NCBI GenBank assembly: GCA_905193755.1 | Contig: CAJJPX010000003.1 | Location: 14,925 to 78,924 of the forward strand | Direction: 5' to 3' | Source of the DNA: an uncultured Clostridium sp. | Lineage (GTDB): Bacteria; Bacillota_I; Bacilli_A; RF39; UBA660 | DNA length: 64,000 bases | In this document: positions 19,663 to 29,633 of the stretch, one piece after another | Layout of the letters: each line of letters opens with the position of its first letter | Position numbering within the stretch: the first letter of the stretch is position 1 | Notes under the pieces: generated by a model | Seen by the model: only the letters and a program-made list of their open reading frames with translations | Told to the model about the DNA's origin: nothing | Databases searched by the model: none | Program-made: the position numbers and the translations under genes

Positions 19663-22600
19663 AAAGGTCAAATAAGCTAAGTTGTGAGCTTTCTGGTATT
19701 CCTTTGAATATTCCCATTGCTCTCATTTTGTCTATTAGAGTTTGTGATACTTTGCATCTGCTTTGGAAGTCTTCGATGCTTATGAATGGACGTTTTTTTG
19801 CTTCTGTTTCTATGTTTTTGGCAACTGTTTCACCTAGTCCATCTATTGTTATGAATGGAGGAATGATTGTTTTATCATCTTCTACTCCGAAAGTAAGACC
19901 TTTTGATTTATAAAGATCAAACTCTGATACTCTTATGTGTCTTGCGGCCATTTCTAGGGCTACATTTAAGCATTCTTGTTGTCCTGCTTCTTTATTAGTT
20001 GCATCGTATCCTTTATTTTTAATTTCAATTATTTTATTTTTAATAGCATCATATCCTTTGATCATTGATTCTATATCAAAGTCTGTTGCTTTAGTTGAGA
20101 ACCATGAAGCATAGAAGTATGCTGGCATATGTACTTTATACCAAGCTATTCTAAATGCACTTGTTACGTATGCTGCTGCGTGTGCTTTAGGGAACATGTA
20201 TTTTATTTTATGACATGATTCTATGAACCATTCTTCTATACCTGCTTCTTCCATGGTTTTTCTATGTTCTTCCCATGTAGCTGGATCCTTTGATGCTTTT
20301 CCTTTACGAACGAATTCCATTATTTTGAATGCTTTGATTGGTTTCATTCCTTTGTACATTAAATATACCATGATATCATCACGACATCCAATAACGTCTT
20401 TGAATGGTACTTGTATTTTACCTTCGGCATTTGGTGTACATAAATCTCTTGCATTTCCTAACCAAACATCAGTACCATGGGAAAGACCTGATAATTTTAC
20501 AAGTTCTGCGAATGTCGTCGGTTTTGTTTCAGCAACCATACCTATAGTGAATGAAGTACCAAACTCTGGAATTCCAAGTGTACCTGTTGGGCACATTATT
20601 TCTTCATTTGTAACTCCTAGTACTTTAGTAGATGTAAATATACTCATTGTATCTTTATCATCTAGTGGTACTTTTGATACATCTGTATGACTTAAATCTT
20701 GTATAAGTCTTAATTGTGTTGGGTCTGAGTGACCTAATATATCTAGTTTTAGTAAGTCTGCATCAATTGCATGGTAATCGAAGTGTGTTGTTCTCCATGC
20801 AGAATTTACATCGTCTGCTGGGAATTGGAATGGAGTAAAATCTGATACATCCATATAATCTGGTACAACTACTATACCACCTGGGTGTTGACCTGTTGTT
20901 CTTTTAACTCCTGTACATCCCATAGCTAGTCTTTCTATTTCACAACTTCTTTTATCTAGAATACCTTTGTCTTCAAAGTATCCTTTTACAAATCCGTATG
21001 CTGTTTTTTCTGCGACTGTACCTATTGTTCCAGCTCTATAAACGTTATCCACTCCGAACAATACTTTTGTATATTCGTGAGCTGATGCTTGGTTTAGATC
21101 TGAAAAGTTAAGGTCTATATCTGGTACTTTGTCTGCGTTGAATCCTAAGAATGTGGCAAATGGCATATCTTGTCCATCTTTGATCATTTTTTCTCTACAA
21201 TTTGGGCATATTTTATCTGGAAGGTCAAAACCACTTGAGTAATCTTTACCATAAGGTACTCCATTTTCATCTATAAATATACTTGTTTTACATTTACCAC
21301 ATCTATAGTGAGCAGGAAGTGGATTTACTTCTGTTATACCCATCATTGTAGCAACGAAACTACTACCTACAGATCCTCTTGATCCTACTAGGTATCCTTC
21401 ATCATTAGAGTGTTTAACTAGTCTTTGTGCGATTAGGTATATTGGATCGAATCCTCCACCTATGATACCACCTAGTTCCTTTTTAACTTTTTTAGCTAGA
21501 GATTTTTCATTTAATTCTCCATCTTCTTCAGTCCATTTGCTTTTAACACTATCACCTATAAGCTCTTTTACTTTATCAAATCCTTCTATTAGTGTTTCGT
21601 GAAGACGACTAAATGTTTCTGTTTCTAAATCTTCAGGAGTAATATCTGGTTTTTCTTCTTTAATTCTATCATTCCAGTATTTGAATATTGCATCTCCATA
21701 AAGTTCTTTTGAAATACGTTCTTCTATATTATGTGGTAATGGATCTCCATACCATTCTTTTGCTTTTTCAAATACTAGGTCTGTAACAACTCTTGGACAA
21801 TCTAGGTAGCTTTGTCCATCGTCTGCTTTAACTCTTGGACTAAATGGAATACCACCTGTATCAATAATAACTTCAAATTCTCCGACCATATCACATATCT
21901 TATTAGTATTAGTTACTACTATTTCGTATGCTAAATCTTTGTCTAAGAAATCAAAATCATTTAACATTTCATTAGTTGTTCTAAAGTGTTGAGATGGAAT
22001 ATTTGTGATATTACTTTTAGCTAGTGGATGTCTTCCTCCTCCTGGTACTTTTTGATTTATTATGATTTCTCTATATATCTTATCTTCTCTTGTGAAGTGG
22101 TGTACGTCTCCTGTAGCTACTACTATTTTACCTGCTGCTTTTGATGCTTCTATTACTTTCTTAATATGATTTTTAAGTTCAAAAGAGTTAGCAAAGTCAC
22201 TTGTTTGTATTAAGTGGTCGTATACTTCTGGAGGTTGTACTTCTACATAATCATAGAAGTTTATTATATTAGTTAGTTCTTCTCCATCTTTGCTTCTTGC
22301 TTCTTTAAATACTTCTGATTCGTAGCAGCCACTTCCTATTAAAATACCTTCTCTTAGTTCGTTTAGTTTGCTTCTTAATATTCTTGGTGTCTTATATAGA
22401 TAAGTTGTGTTTGCTAAAGAGATAATCTTGAACATATTTTTAAGACCGGTTCTATTTAGTGCAATTGCATTAAAGTGATAAGTTCTACCAAATTTATATA
22501 TTTCATCTTTACTAATTAGTCTTTCTAAATCACTTATTTTTTCGTAGTTTTGACCTATTAGTTTTTGACACATTTTATGAAATACTAGCGCTGTTCCTTC

Positions 22601-24268
22601 TGCATCGTAGTCTGCTCTATGGTGGCTTTCTTCATCGAATGGTACATTATATCTTTTAACTAATGCTGATAAGCTATGTCTTGCAAATCCTTGGTCTAGT
22701 GCACGGGACAGTTCTAATGTATCTATTACTGTATTTGTAAATTCTCCTAGATTATATTTTCTCATAGCACTTTCAATAAATGAAATATCGAATTTAGCGT
22801 TATGAGCTACCATTGGAGCATCCCCAGTCCACTCTAAGAATCTCTTTGTTACTTCTTCTTCAGTGCCAGCGTCTTTTACCATTTCATCTGTTATTTCTGT
22901 AAGTTCAGTAATCTTATCAGGAATATGTCTTCCAGGATTAATGAATTCATCAAATCTATCTATAATAGCTCCATTTTGTATTTTAACAGCACCTATTTCA
23001 ATCATTTGATCACCTGATGCTGCATTAAATCCTGTTGTTTCTGTATCGTATACTACAAATGTTGTGTCTTCTAAAGTTAAATCCGTTGGTCTTACTACTA
23101 TAGTTACAGTATCATCTACTAAAGTAAGTTCCGTTCCATAAATACCTTTAAATTTCTTTTCTGGATCAGTTTGCTTTTTATTGTATCCTTGTATTATTCC
23201 ATATGCGATAGGAAATGCTTGGCAACCATTATGATCAGTGATTGCGACCCCCCTATAACCCATTTCGATTGCTCTACTAACAAGTTCACAAGTATGTGCT
23301 CCTAGATCTAATTTAGTAAGTCCATCCATTTGACTCATCATAGTATGAGCATGTAACTCTACTCTTTTTACTTCAGCGTCATCTATTAATTTTTGTTCTT
23401 TCTTTTCATAAGTTTCTATATCATTAACACCAAATTCATAATCATTACTTCTTTGATTATATTTAATATTTCCTCTTAATTTATACCATTTATCTTTCTT
23501 AATATTTGAAAGAAGATAGTCAAATTCTTCTTGCTTTTTAGTGAATATGTTTGCCATGATACTATCAGTATAATCAGTTAACTTAAGAGTGATAATAAAC
23601 CATCCACTTTGTGTACTTTTAGAGTCAATGCCAAATACTTTAGCTATTAAGACTACTCTATCTTCATTAGTAATTAAATTCTTTATTTCTGAAGCTTCTC
23701 CTGCGATTGGGTTTCCTTTTATAGTTTTTCTTGTTTCTTTATTAACTATTTTTTCTGTTACTACATCTAGTGTTTGTTTGAATTTTTCTCTTTCAGTTTC
23801 ATTTATATTAGTAGTTACTTCTACATCATCAAATCCCATATCACTCATAAATATTTCTATCTTTTCTTTGATTTCTTCGATCTTGTTATATTCTGCTGGA
23901 TTTAAGACTTCTATATTTATTTTATTATTGTCAAAAGTTATTTTAGTTCTATCTATACAGTTAAGCATAGGACACTTGCTAACTAGAATATCAAAGTAAT
24001 AATCAAAGTATTCTTTAAATAATAAAGTGTTATTTTCTACTATGAATTTAAATCTTACTTCGTCTGCTCCTTCTAAAGTTTTACCTTTTTCATATGTTTC
24101 TTTAAAAACGTCTATTGGAGGAAGTGAATCTATATTGATGATCATAGTCATTCTGTTTTCTTTACGTCTTAAAAGTACTTCTTTTAAAGAAGCATTTTCA
24201 TAATATTTTAAATATTCTTTATTAAAGTCTATGGTATTAAAAAACCTAACTAATTTATCGTCTTTCAC
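19661..24268 (-). CDS. polC: DNA polymerase III alpha subunit, Gram-positive PolC type (with internal 3'-5' exonuclease)
   Basis: 1535 aa. PHP domain (VELHAHTMMSQMDG). Exonuclease motifs VVYDTETTG and HRADYDA. Apparent GVP...CPNC zinc-finger region and a polymerase core. Apparent GVP GTG start at 24268. Confidence 0.95.
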   Translation of the reverse strand: MKDDKLVRFFNTIDFNKEYLKYYENASLKEVLLRRKENRMTMIINIDSLPPIDVFKETYEKGKTLEGADEVRFKFIVENNTLLFKEYFDYYFDILVSKCPMLNCIDRTKITFDNNKINIEVLNPAEYNKIEEIKEKIEIFMSDMGFDDVEVTTNINETEREKFKQTLDVVTEKIVNKETRKTIKGNPIAGEASEIKNLITNEDRVVLIAKVFGIDSKSTQSGWFIITLKLTDYTDSIMANIFTKKQEEFDYLLSNIKKDKWYKLRGNIKYNQRSNDYEFGVNDIETYEKKEQKLIDDAEVKRVELHAHTMMSQMDGLTKLDLGAHTCELVSRAIEMGYRGVAITDHNGCQAFPIAYGIIQGYNKKQTDPEKKFKGIYGTELTLVDDTVTIVVRPTDLTLEDTTFVVYDTETTGFNAASGDQMIEIGAVKIQNGAIIDRFDEFINPGRHIPDKITELTEITDEMVKDAGTEEEVTKRFLEWTGDAPMVAHNAKFDISFIESAMRKYNLGEFTNTVIDTLELSRALDQGFARHSLSALVKRYNVPFDEESHHRADYDAEGTALVFHKMCQKLIGQNYEKISDLERLISKDEIYKFGRTYHFNAIALNRTGLKNMFKIISLANTTYLYKTPRILRSKLNELREGILIGSGCYESEVFKEARSKDGEELTNIINFYDYVEVQPPEVYDHLIQTSDFANSFELKNHIKKVIEASKAAGKIVVATGDVHHFTREDKIYREIIINQKVPGGGRHPLAKSNITNIPSQHFRTTNEMLNDFDFLDKDLAYEIVVTNTNKICDMVGEFEVIIDTGGIPFSPRVKADDGQSYLDCPRVVTDLVFEKAKEWYGDPLPHNIEERISKELYGDAIFKYWNDRIKEEKPDITPEDLETETFSRLHETLIEGFDKVKELIGDSVKSKWTEEDGELNEKSLAKKVKKELGGIIGGGFDPIYLIAQRLVKHSNDEGYLVGSRGSVGSSFVATMMGITEVNPLPAHYRCGKCKTSIFIDENGVPYGKDYSSGFDLPDKICPNCREKMIKDGQDMPFATFLGFNADKVPDIDLNFSDLNQASAHEYTKVLFGVDNVYRAGTIGTVAEKTAYGFVKGYFEDKGILDKRSCEIERLAMGCTGVKRTTGQHPGGIVVVPDYMDVSDFTPFQFPADDVNSAWRTTHFDYHAIDADLLKLDILGHSDPTQLRLIQDLSHTDVSKVPLDDKDTMSIFTSTKVLGVTNEEIMCPTGTLGIPEFGTSFTIGMVAETKPTTFAELVKLSGLSHGTDVWLGNARDLCTPNAEGKIQVPFKDVIGCRDDIMVYLMYKGMKPIKAFKIMEFVRKGKASKDPATWEEHRKTMEEAGIEEWFIESCHKIKYMFPKAHAAAYVTSAFRIAWYKVHMPAYFYASWFSTKATDFDIESMIKGYDAIKNKIIEIKNKGYDATNKEAGQQECLNVALEMAARHIRVSEFDLYKSKGLTFGVEDDKTIIPPFITIDGLGETVAKNIETEAKKRPFISIEDFQSRCKVSQTLIDKMRAMGIFKGIPESSQLSLFDL

Positions 24269-24341
24269 TTACCTCACCCTTTTTAATTATACATAACAAA
24301 AAAAATTATATCAAGAAAGTTTGACATAATTTTTATTTATT

Positions 24342-24809
24342 TTAGTCTTTATTATTAAAAGTTAGGACTGCTCTATTGTATCTACCAATCTGCTCTATAT
24401 TACAGTTATTATTTGTGTATTCTGTTATTACTTTTGTCCAAAATGTTTCTGCATCTTTTGAACATGGTAAACTCTTTATTTCCCAAGTGCCTTTATAAGT
24501 GTTTAATAATTCTATTACTGCTTTTTTGCCAAAGCCTTGTCCTTTATAATTATTAAGTATAAACATTTCTTGAATTACGTTTTTATCTTCTAAAAAGTCT
24601 ATTAGCATGAATCCTACTATATCATTTTCATTTTTTATTAAGAATGCTTTATTATTATCATTTTCAAAGTATTTAGATATATCATCATAATCATATAGAG
24701 CTGTTTCACTATTAAAGTCTATAGGAAAATATAAACTTATGTTGTGTAGATATAATTGTAGTAGTCTTTCTAATAATTCTTTTTTAGGTTTTGTTATTCT
24801 TTCTAACAT
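24342..24809 (-). CDS. GNAT-family N-acetyltransferase
   Basis: NNYKGQGFGKKAV acetyl-CoA-binding motif (Q/RxxGxG/A). Preferred start is ATG 24809 (MLERITK), preceded by AAGGAG. The ORF-track start at 24830 is a TTG inside the upstream gene. Confidence 0.75.
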   Translation of the reverse strand: MLERITKPKKELLERLLQLYLHNISLYFPIDFNSETALYDYDDISKYFENDNNKAFLIKNENDIVGFMLIDFLEDKNVIQEMFILNNYKGQGFGKKAVIELLNTYKGTWEIKSLPCSKDAETFWTKVITEYTNNNCNIEQIGRYNRAVLTFNNKD

Positions 24810-24820
24810 ATGTGTCTCCT

Positions 24821-25501
24821 TTATTTCCAATCACTTGCGTTTATTAAGTTTTCATATTTATACATTTGATTGAATCTATTTTTTATAAATGATTGACTTT
24901 TATATACGTCTACCATTTCCATTTTTTTATCATATACTTCTTCTGGTATTTCTCTTGCTCCTTTGTTTTTATCTATTCTTTTCTTTGAATAGTATTTTCC
25001 AAAGTATTTAAGATTGCCATTGTTATTTTTATTATATACTTTTGTAACTATTTTGTTTGTCATTTTATGATGAATGTGTCCATATTCGCCTTCTGGATTA
25101 TGTGTTACAATATTGTTCCAATTTTTCTTTTTCATTATATAGTTTATTTCTAGTTCTATTTGTTTTTTATAGTGCTTCCAATCACTTCTTTTTCCTTTTA
25201 CTTTATCTGGTTTATCTAAAACTATTAATCTATCTTTTGATATTTTTAGTGCTTGTTCTATTTCTTTCTCACGCTTTTTATTAGTACCACAAGTAATACA
25301 AACAACTAAATATCTATTGTTAATTAACTCTTCGCTTCCCCATAGTGTTTCATCATCTGGGTGTGCTACAATCATTAAATTATCTACATTATTCCAATCA
25401 TGGAATCTTAATAATCCATTTTTTCTTAAATAAACTTTACTAAAAAGTATTAATAATATTGAGAATATAGCTAAAATAAAAAATATTATAATCTTTTTCA
25501 T
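24821..25501 (-). CDS. PIG-L/LmbE-family deacetylase with N-terminal membrane anchor
   Basis: VAHPDDETLWG signature and downstream HxxH (HIHH). N-terminal hydrophobic helix. Confidence 0.75.
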   Translation of the reverse strand: MKKIIIFFILAIFSILLILFSKVYLRKNGLLRFHDWNNVDNLMIVAHPDDETLWGSEELINNRYLVVCITCGTNKKREKEIEQALKISKDRLIVLDKPDKVKGKRSDWKHYKKQIELEINYIMKKKNWNNIVTHNPEGEYGHIHHKMTNKIVTKVYNKNNNGNLKYFGKYYSKKRIDKNKGAREIPEEVYDKKMEMVDVYKSQSFIKNRFNQMYKYENLINASDWK

Positions 25502-25555
25502 GGTTCCCCTTCTTTTTGCTATATATGATTATAATACTTTTTAATTAATTTTCAA

Positions 25556-26110
25556 CTATTTTTCACTTGATTTTGACTTTTTAGTTTTTTCTTCTTTTAC
25601 TTCTTCTTGTTTTGGCTCTTCATTTTTCTTTTTAAGTGTTAATTCTTCACCGTTTTGTGCTTGTGTTTTTAGTGTTTTAAATATTCCACTTACTCCTAGT
25701 ACTGTAAATAACAGTGCGAATATTAAGTCTTTGATGATTGCACCTTTAAATTCAGAATTGCTATATAAGAATGATATTACTTCAGAAGTTGGTGTAATTC
25801 CTTCTTTCATTATTAGTAAGCAAGGTATTACGTATAGTGTTACGAATACTACTACTAGTATAGAAACTATTCCAACTATATATGGAACTTTAATATCCAT
25901 TTTACCTTTAAATGTTTTATATCCTATAAATGCTCCATATCCTATAATAAGTGCCATAAATGACCATAATATTTCTAGATATACATACATTATTATCCAA
26001 GGAATACTAGCAATTAGTCCGCCTAGTACTGCACCTAAAACTCCTAAAACATAATTATTGTTTTCTGGCTTTATACTTTTATTCACTTCAACCTTCACAT
26101 CTTTTTTCAT
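25556..26110 (-). CDS. Membrane protein (about 4 TM helices) with K/E-rich C-terminal tail
   Basis: Hydrophobic segments by eye. No recognisable family. Confidence 0.5.
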   Translation of the reverse strand: MKKDVKVEVNKSIKPENNNYVLGVLGAVLGGLIASIPWIIMYVYLEILWSFMALIIGYGAFIGYKTFKGKMDIKVPYIVGIVSILVVVFVTLYVIPCLLIMKEGITPTSEVISFLYSNSEFKGAIIKDLIFALLFTVLGVSGIFKTLKTQAQNGEELTLKKKNEEPKQEEVKEEKTKKSKSSEK

Positions 26111-27597
26111 TATTTTCTCTCTTTCATTGTTGGGAATAAAATAACATCTCTAATTGATTCATTTTCTGTAAAGAACATAACTGTTCTATCGATTCCATAA
26201 CCAATACCACCAGCTGGAGGCATACCATATTCAAGAGCTTCTACGAAGTCCATATCGATATCGTTAGCTTCATCATTACCAAGTTCTTGTTCTTTTAATT
26301 GGTTTTCAAATCTTTCTAATTGATCGATTGGATCATTAAGTTCAGTATATGCATTAGCCATTTCTTTTCCACCAATGAATAATTCAAATCTTTGAACGAA
26401 TCTTGGATCTTTTGGATCTTTCTTAGTAAGTGGACTTATTTCAATTGGGTGTCCACATAAGAATGTTGGTTGAATTAGAGTTTCTTCTACGTATTTTTCA
26501 AAGAATTTATTTACTATATGACCAAATACTCTTTCATGTTTTTCTAGTTCAATATCATGTTCTTCACATAGTTTTAATAAGTCATCTAGTTCCCATTCTT
26601 TACTGAAATCTATTCCAGTTTGTTCTTTAATAGCATCTACCATTGTAACTCTTCTAAAACTTGGACCTAAATCTATTTCATGACCTCTCCAGTTAAATGT
26701 TTCTTTATTAAATACTTCGTGAGCTATTGTCTTATAAAGTGATTCAGTCATTTCCATCATACCTTCTAAGTTTGAATAAGCAAGGTATGCTTCCATTGAA
26801 GTGAATTCTGGATTATGTGTTGTATCCATTCCTTCGTTTCTAAATAATCTTCCGATTTCGTATACTGCTTCTAGTCCACCTACTAGTAATCTCTTAAGAG
26901 GTAGTTCTAAAGCTATACGAAGATACATATCTAAATCTTGAGCATTATGATGAGTTACGAATGGTCTTGCACTTGCTCCAGTTAAAAGTGTACTTAAAAC
27001 TGGTGTTTCAACTTCTAAGAACCCTCTTCCATCCATAAATCTTCTCATACAACTAATTATTTTTGATCTATAGATTGCTGTTTTCTTAGATTCATCATTC
27101 ATAATTAAATCTACATAACGTCTTCTATATCTTTCTTCTACATCAGTTAATCCATGAAATTTTTCAGGAAGTGGTTTTAATGCTTTAACAAGTGGAGTAT
27201 ACTTTAGACACTTAATAGTAAGTTCTCCAGTCTTTGTTTTCATTACTTTACCATATATACCTACGATATCTCCGATATCAGCACTCTTAAATAATGTATA
27301 TGATTCTTCTCCTATATCATTAATTGAAATATATATTTGAATAGGACCTGTTTTGTCTTTGATACTAAAGAATGATGCTTTACCCATTTTACGAATAAAC
27401 ATTATTCTTCCAGCTACTGTTGCAGTGTCTTCCATACTTTCAAATTCTTCATGACTAACTGTAGCATATTTTTCTTTTAAGTCAGCAGCAAAGCTATCTC
27501 TATCAAATCTATCTCCGAATGGATCTAGACCAGACTCACGTAACTTTTCAGCTTTTTCACGTCTAATTAATTCTTGTTCTGTATATTGTCTTTCCAT
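26110..27597 (-). CDS. lysS: Lysine--tRNA ligase, class II
   Basis: Class II aaRS motifs (FRNEG..., GGIGYGIDR). OB-fold N-terminus. MERQYTEQELIRREKAEKL is a typical LysS start. Confidence 0.93.
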   Translation of the reverse strand: MERQYTEQELIRREKAEKLRESGLDPFGDRFDRDSFAADLKEKYATVSHEEFESMEDTATVAGRIMFIRKMGKASFFSIKDKTGPIQIYISINDIGEESYTLFKSADIGDIVGIYGKVMKTKTGELTIKCLKYTPLVKALKPLPEKFHGLTDVEERYRRRYVDLIMNDESKKTAIYRSKIISCMRRFMDGRGFLEVETPVLSTLLTGASARPFVTHHNAQDLDMYLRIALELPLKRLLVGGLEAVYEIGRLFRNEGMDTTHNPEFTSMEAYLAYSNLEGMMEMTESLYKTIAHEVFNKETFNWRGHEIDLGPSFRRVTMVDAIKEQTGIDFSKEWELDDLLKLCEEHDIELEKHERVFGHIVNKFFEKYVEETLIQPTFLCGHPIEISPLTKKDPKDPRFVQRFELFIGGKEMANAYTELNDPIDQLERFENQLKEQELGNDEANDIDMDFVEALEYGMPPAGGIGYGIDRTVMFFTENESIRDVILFPTMKERK

Positions 27598-27615
27598 ATT
27601 TTCATCTCCTTTTTA

Positions 27616-29355
27616 TTAATCTCTTACTTTTATATGTGTTTCTCTTAATTGTTTTTCAAATACTTCATTTGGGCAACCCATTAGAGCATCTGCACCATTA
27701 GCAGCCATTGGGAATGCTACCATTTCACGAATATTTTCTTCGTCTTTTAATAACATAAGTATTCTATCAAGTCCAGGAGCCATACCAGCATGAGGAGGTG
27801 CTCCGAATTGGAATGCTTGATATAATGATGGGAATTTACTTTCTACTACACTTTCATCGTATCCGGCAATTTCAAATGCTTTTTTAAGAATAGTTGGGCT
27901 ATAATTTCTTTCCCCTCCACTTGCCATTTCAAGACCATTACATACGAAGTCATATTGACAAGCAACTATATCTCCAGGATTCATATTTAATAATGCATCC
28001 ATTCCACCATTTGGCATACTAAATGGATTATGTGTGAAATCCCATTTATTATCTTCTTCGTTCCATTCATAGAATGGGAAGTCTACGATAATACAAAATT
28101 CATATTTATTTTTATCTATTAAGCTTAATTCATTTCCTAGTTTTAATCTTAATGAACCACAAAGTTTATCAAATTTTTCACCTTTAGTTCCGCAAGATAT
28201 AACTACTACGTTTCCATTTTCTAGTTTTAATGTTTTCTTTAGTTCTTCTTTTTCTTCTTCACTAAATAGTTTAGCCATTGAACCAGATATTTCATTATTA
28301 TCAAGTTTTATGAAACCAAGTGATGACATACCAAGTGATTTATATTCTTCTTCTAGTTTTTTATACCAAGAATTAGATTTATCACTGCTTGGTAGTACAC
28401 ATGCTTTTACTTCTTTGCCTTTGAATACTACACTTTCAGATTTATTAAGTAAGCTTGTAATATTTTCAATAGCAAATGGTATTCTTAAGTCTGGTTTATC
28501 ACTACCATATTTTTCCATTGCTTCTTTGAATGGTATTCTTCTGAATGGAACACTTGAAACTTCTTTGTTACCAAATTTCTTAAATACATCATAGAATACT
28601 CTTTGACCTACTTCGAATACATCTTCTTGTGTTGCGAATGACATTTCAAAGTCTAATTGGTAGAATTCTCCATAAAGTCTATCACTTCTTGGGTCTTCAT
28701 CTCTAAAGCATGGTGCGATTTGGAAGTATCTATCAAATCCACTACACATTAATAATTGTTTGAATATTTGTGGTGCTTGAGGAAGAGCATAGAATTTACC
28801 TTTGAATTTTCTACTTGGTACTATGAAGTCTCTTGCTCCTTCTGGACTAGATGCTGTTAAGATTGGTGTTTGAATTTCAGTAAATTTCATATCTTTCATA
28901 GTGTGTCTAATGAAATCAATTACTTCTGTTCTAAATCTTATACCATCATGAACACTTTTGTTTCTTAAATCTAAATAACGATATTTAAGTCTAGTTTCTT
29001 CACTTGAAGATTTACTGTTTTTAACTTCAAATGGAAGTGTTCTATATACATCACCTAGAATATCTATAGTTTTGATTTCTACTTCTATTTCACCAGTTTT
29101 CATGTTTTTATTTACCATATCTGGTGTTCTAGGTTTAACTACTCCTGTTACAGTAGCAGTAGATTCACGATTTAGTTTAGCATATTCTACATTATTAGAA
29201 ATTAATTGTACGATACCAGTTTCATCTCTTAATGTAATAAATACTAAGCCACCTAGATTACGAACTGTTTCAATCCATCCTGCTAGTCTTACTTCTTTTC
29301 CTTCATATTCTTTTGTTACTTCTCCACAATATACATTTCTGTATCTGTTTTCCAT
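27616..29355 (-). CDS. aspS: Aspartate--tRNA ligase
   Basis: QLDFEMSF, FRDED, GLDRILM class IIb motifs. 582 aa in the track. The preferred start is the second ATG at 29355 (MENRYRN), because AAGGAG abuts the first ATG. Confidence 0.93.
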   Translation of the reverse strand: MENRYRNVYCGEVTKEYEGKEVRLAGWIETVRNLGGLVFITLRDETGIVQLISNNVEYAKLNRESTATVTGVVKPRTPDMVNKNMKTGEIEVEIKTIDILGDVYRTLPFEVKNSKSSSEETRLKYRYLDLRNKSVHDGIRFRTEVIDFIRHTMKDMKFTEIQTPILTASSPEGARDFIVPSRKFKGKFYALPQAPQIFKQLLMCSGFDRYFQIAPCFRDEDPRSDRLYGEFYQLDFEMSFATQEDVFEVGQRVFYDVFKKFGNKEVSSVPFRRIPFKEAMEKYGSDKPDLRIPFAIENITSLLNKSESVVFKGKEVKACVLPSSDKSNSWYKKLEEEYKSLGMSSLGFIKLDNNEISGSMAKLFSEEEKEELKKTLKLENGNVVVISCGTKGEKFDKLCGSLRLKLGNELSLIDKNKYEFCIIVDFPFYEWNEEDNKWDFTHNPFSMPNGGMDALLNMNPGDIVACQYDFVCNGLEMASGGERNYSPTILKKAFEIAGYDESVVESKFPSLYQAFQFGAPPHAGMAPGLDRILMLLKDEENIREMVAFPMAANGADALMGCPNEVFEKQLRETHIKVRD

Positions 29356-29364
29356 AAAACTCAT

Positions 29365-29598
29365 CTCCTTATAAATAAAAAAGAATCTATTCGTAAGAGC
29401 GTTTTTGTACGCTGTACCATCTTACTTCATAGATTCTTTGAATTCTATCTTTTAGTCTTTATAGCTGACATGCTTATTAGCTCTGGAAAATTGTCACGTT
29501 TTTTCTTCATTATTTATCTATTATTAGTTTCCACCAACCACTAACTCTCTATTAAGGGAAATAAATAATTACTACTTTCCTTCATCGCTTATGAGTAG
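29365..29598 (-). promoter_or_regulatory. T-box leader (specifier GAC, Asp) with promoter TTGACA-17-TATAAT and terminator/antiterminator
   Basis: Minus strand has stem I elements GCGATGAAGGAAAGTAG, AGAGAG and GGTTGGTGGAAA. Specifier GAC followed by A lies directly before the lower-stem strand TTTTCC (GAC at 29493-29495). T-box sequence AAGATGGTACAGCG is at 29407-29423. A long hairpin AGAATCTAT...ATAGATTCT plus T6 lies at 29381-29439. The -10 is at 29599-29604 and the -35 at 29622-29627. Confidence 0.88.
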
Positions 29599-29633
29599 AT
29601 TATAGTTTATTCATTAGTTTTTGTCAATAATTT

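Noticed and set aside
29480-29515. Lys (AAA) or Glu (GAA) as the specifier of the aspS T-box, read from the GAAGAAAAAAC run.
   Set aside because: By analogy with the tyrS leader in the same window, the specifier is the triplet followed by A directly before the 3' strand of the lower stem (TTTTCC pairing with GGAAA). That triplet is GAC (Asp), which matches the downstream aspS.
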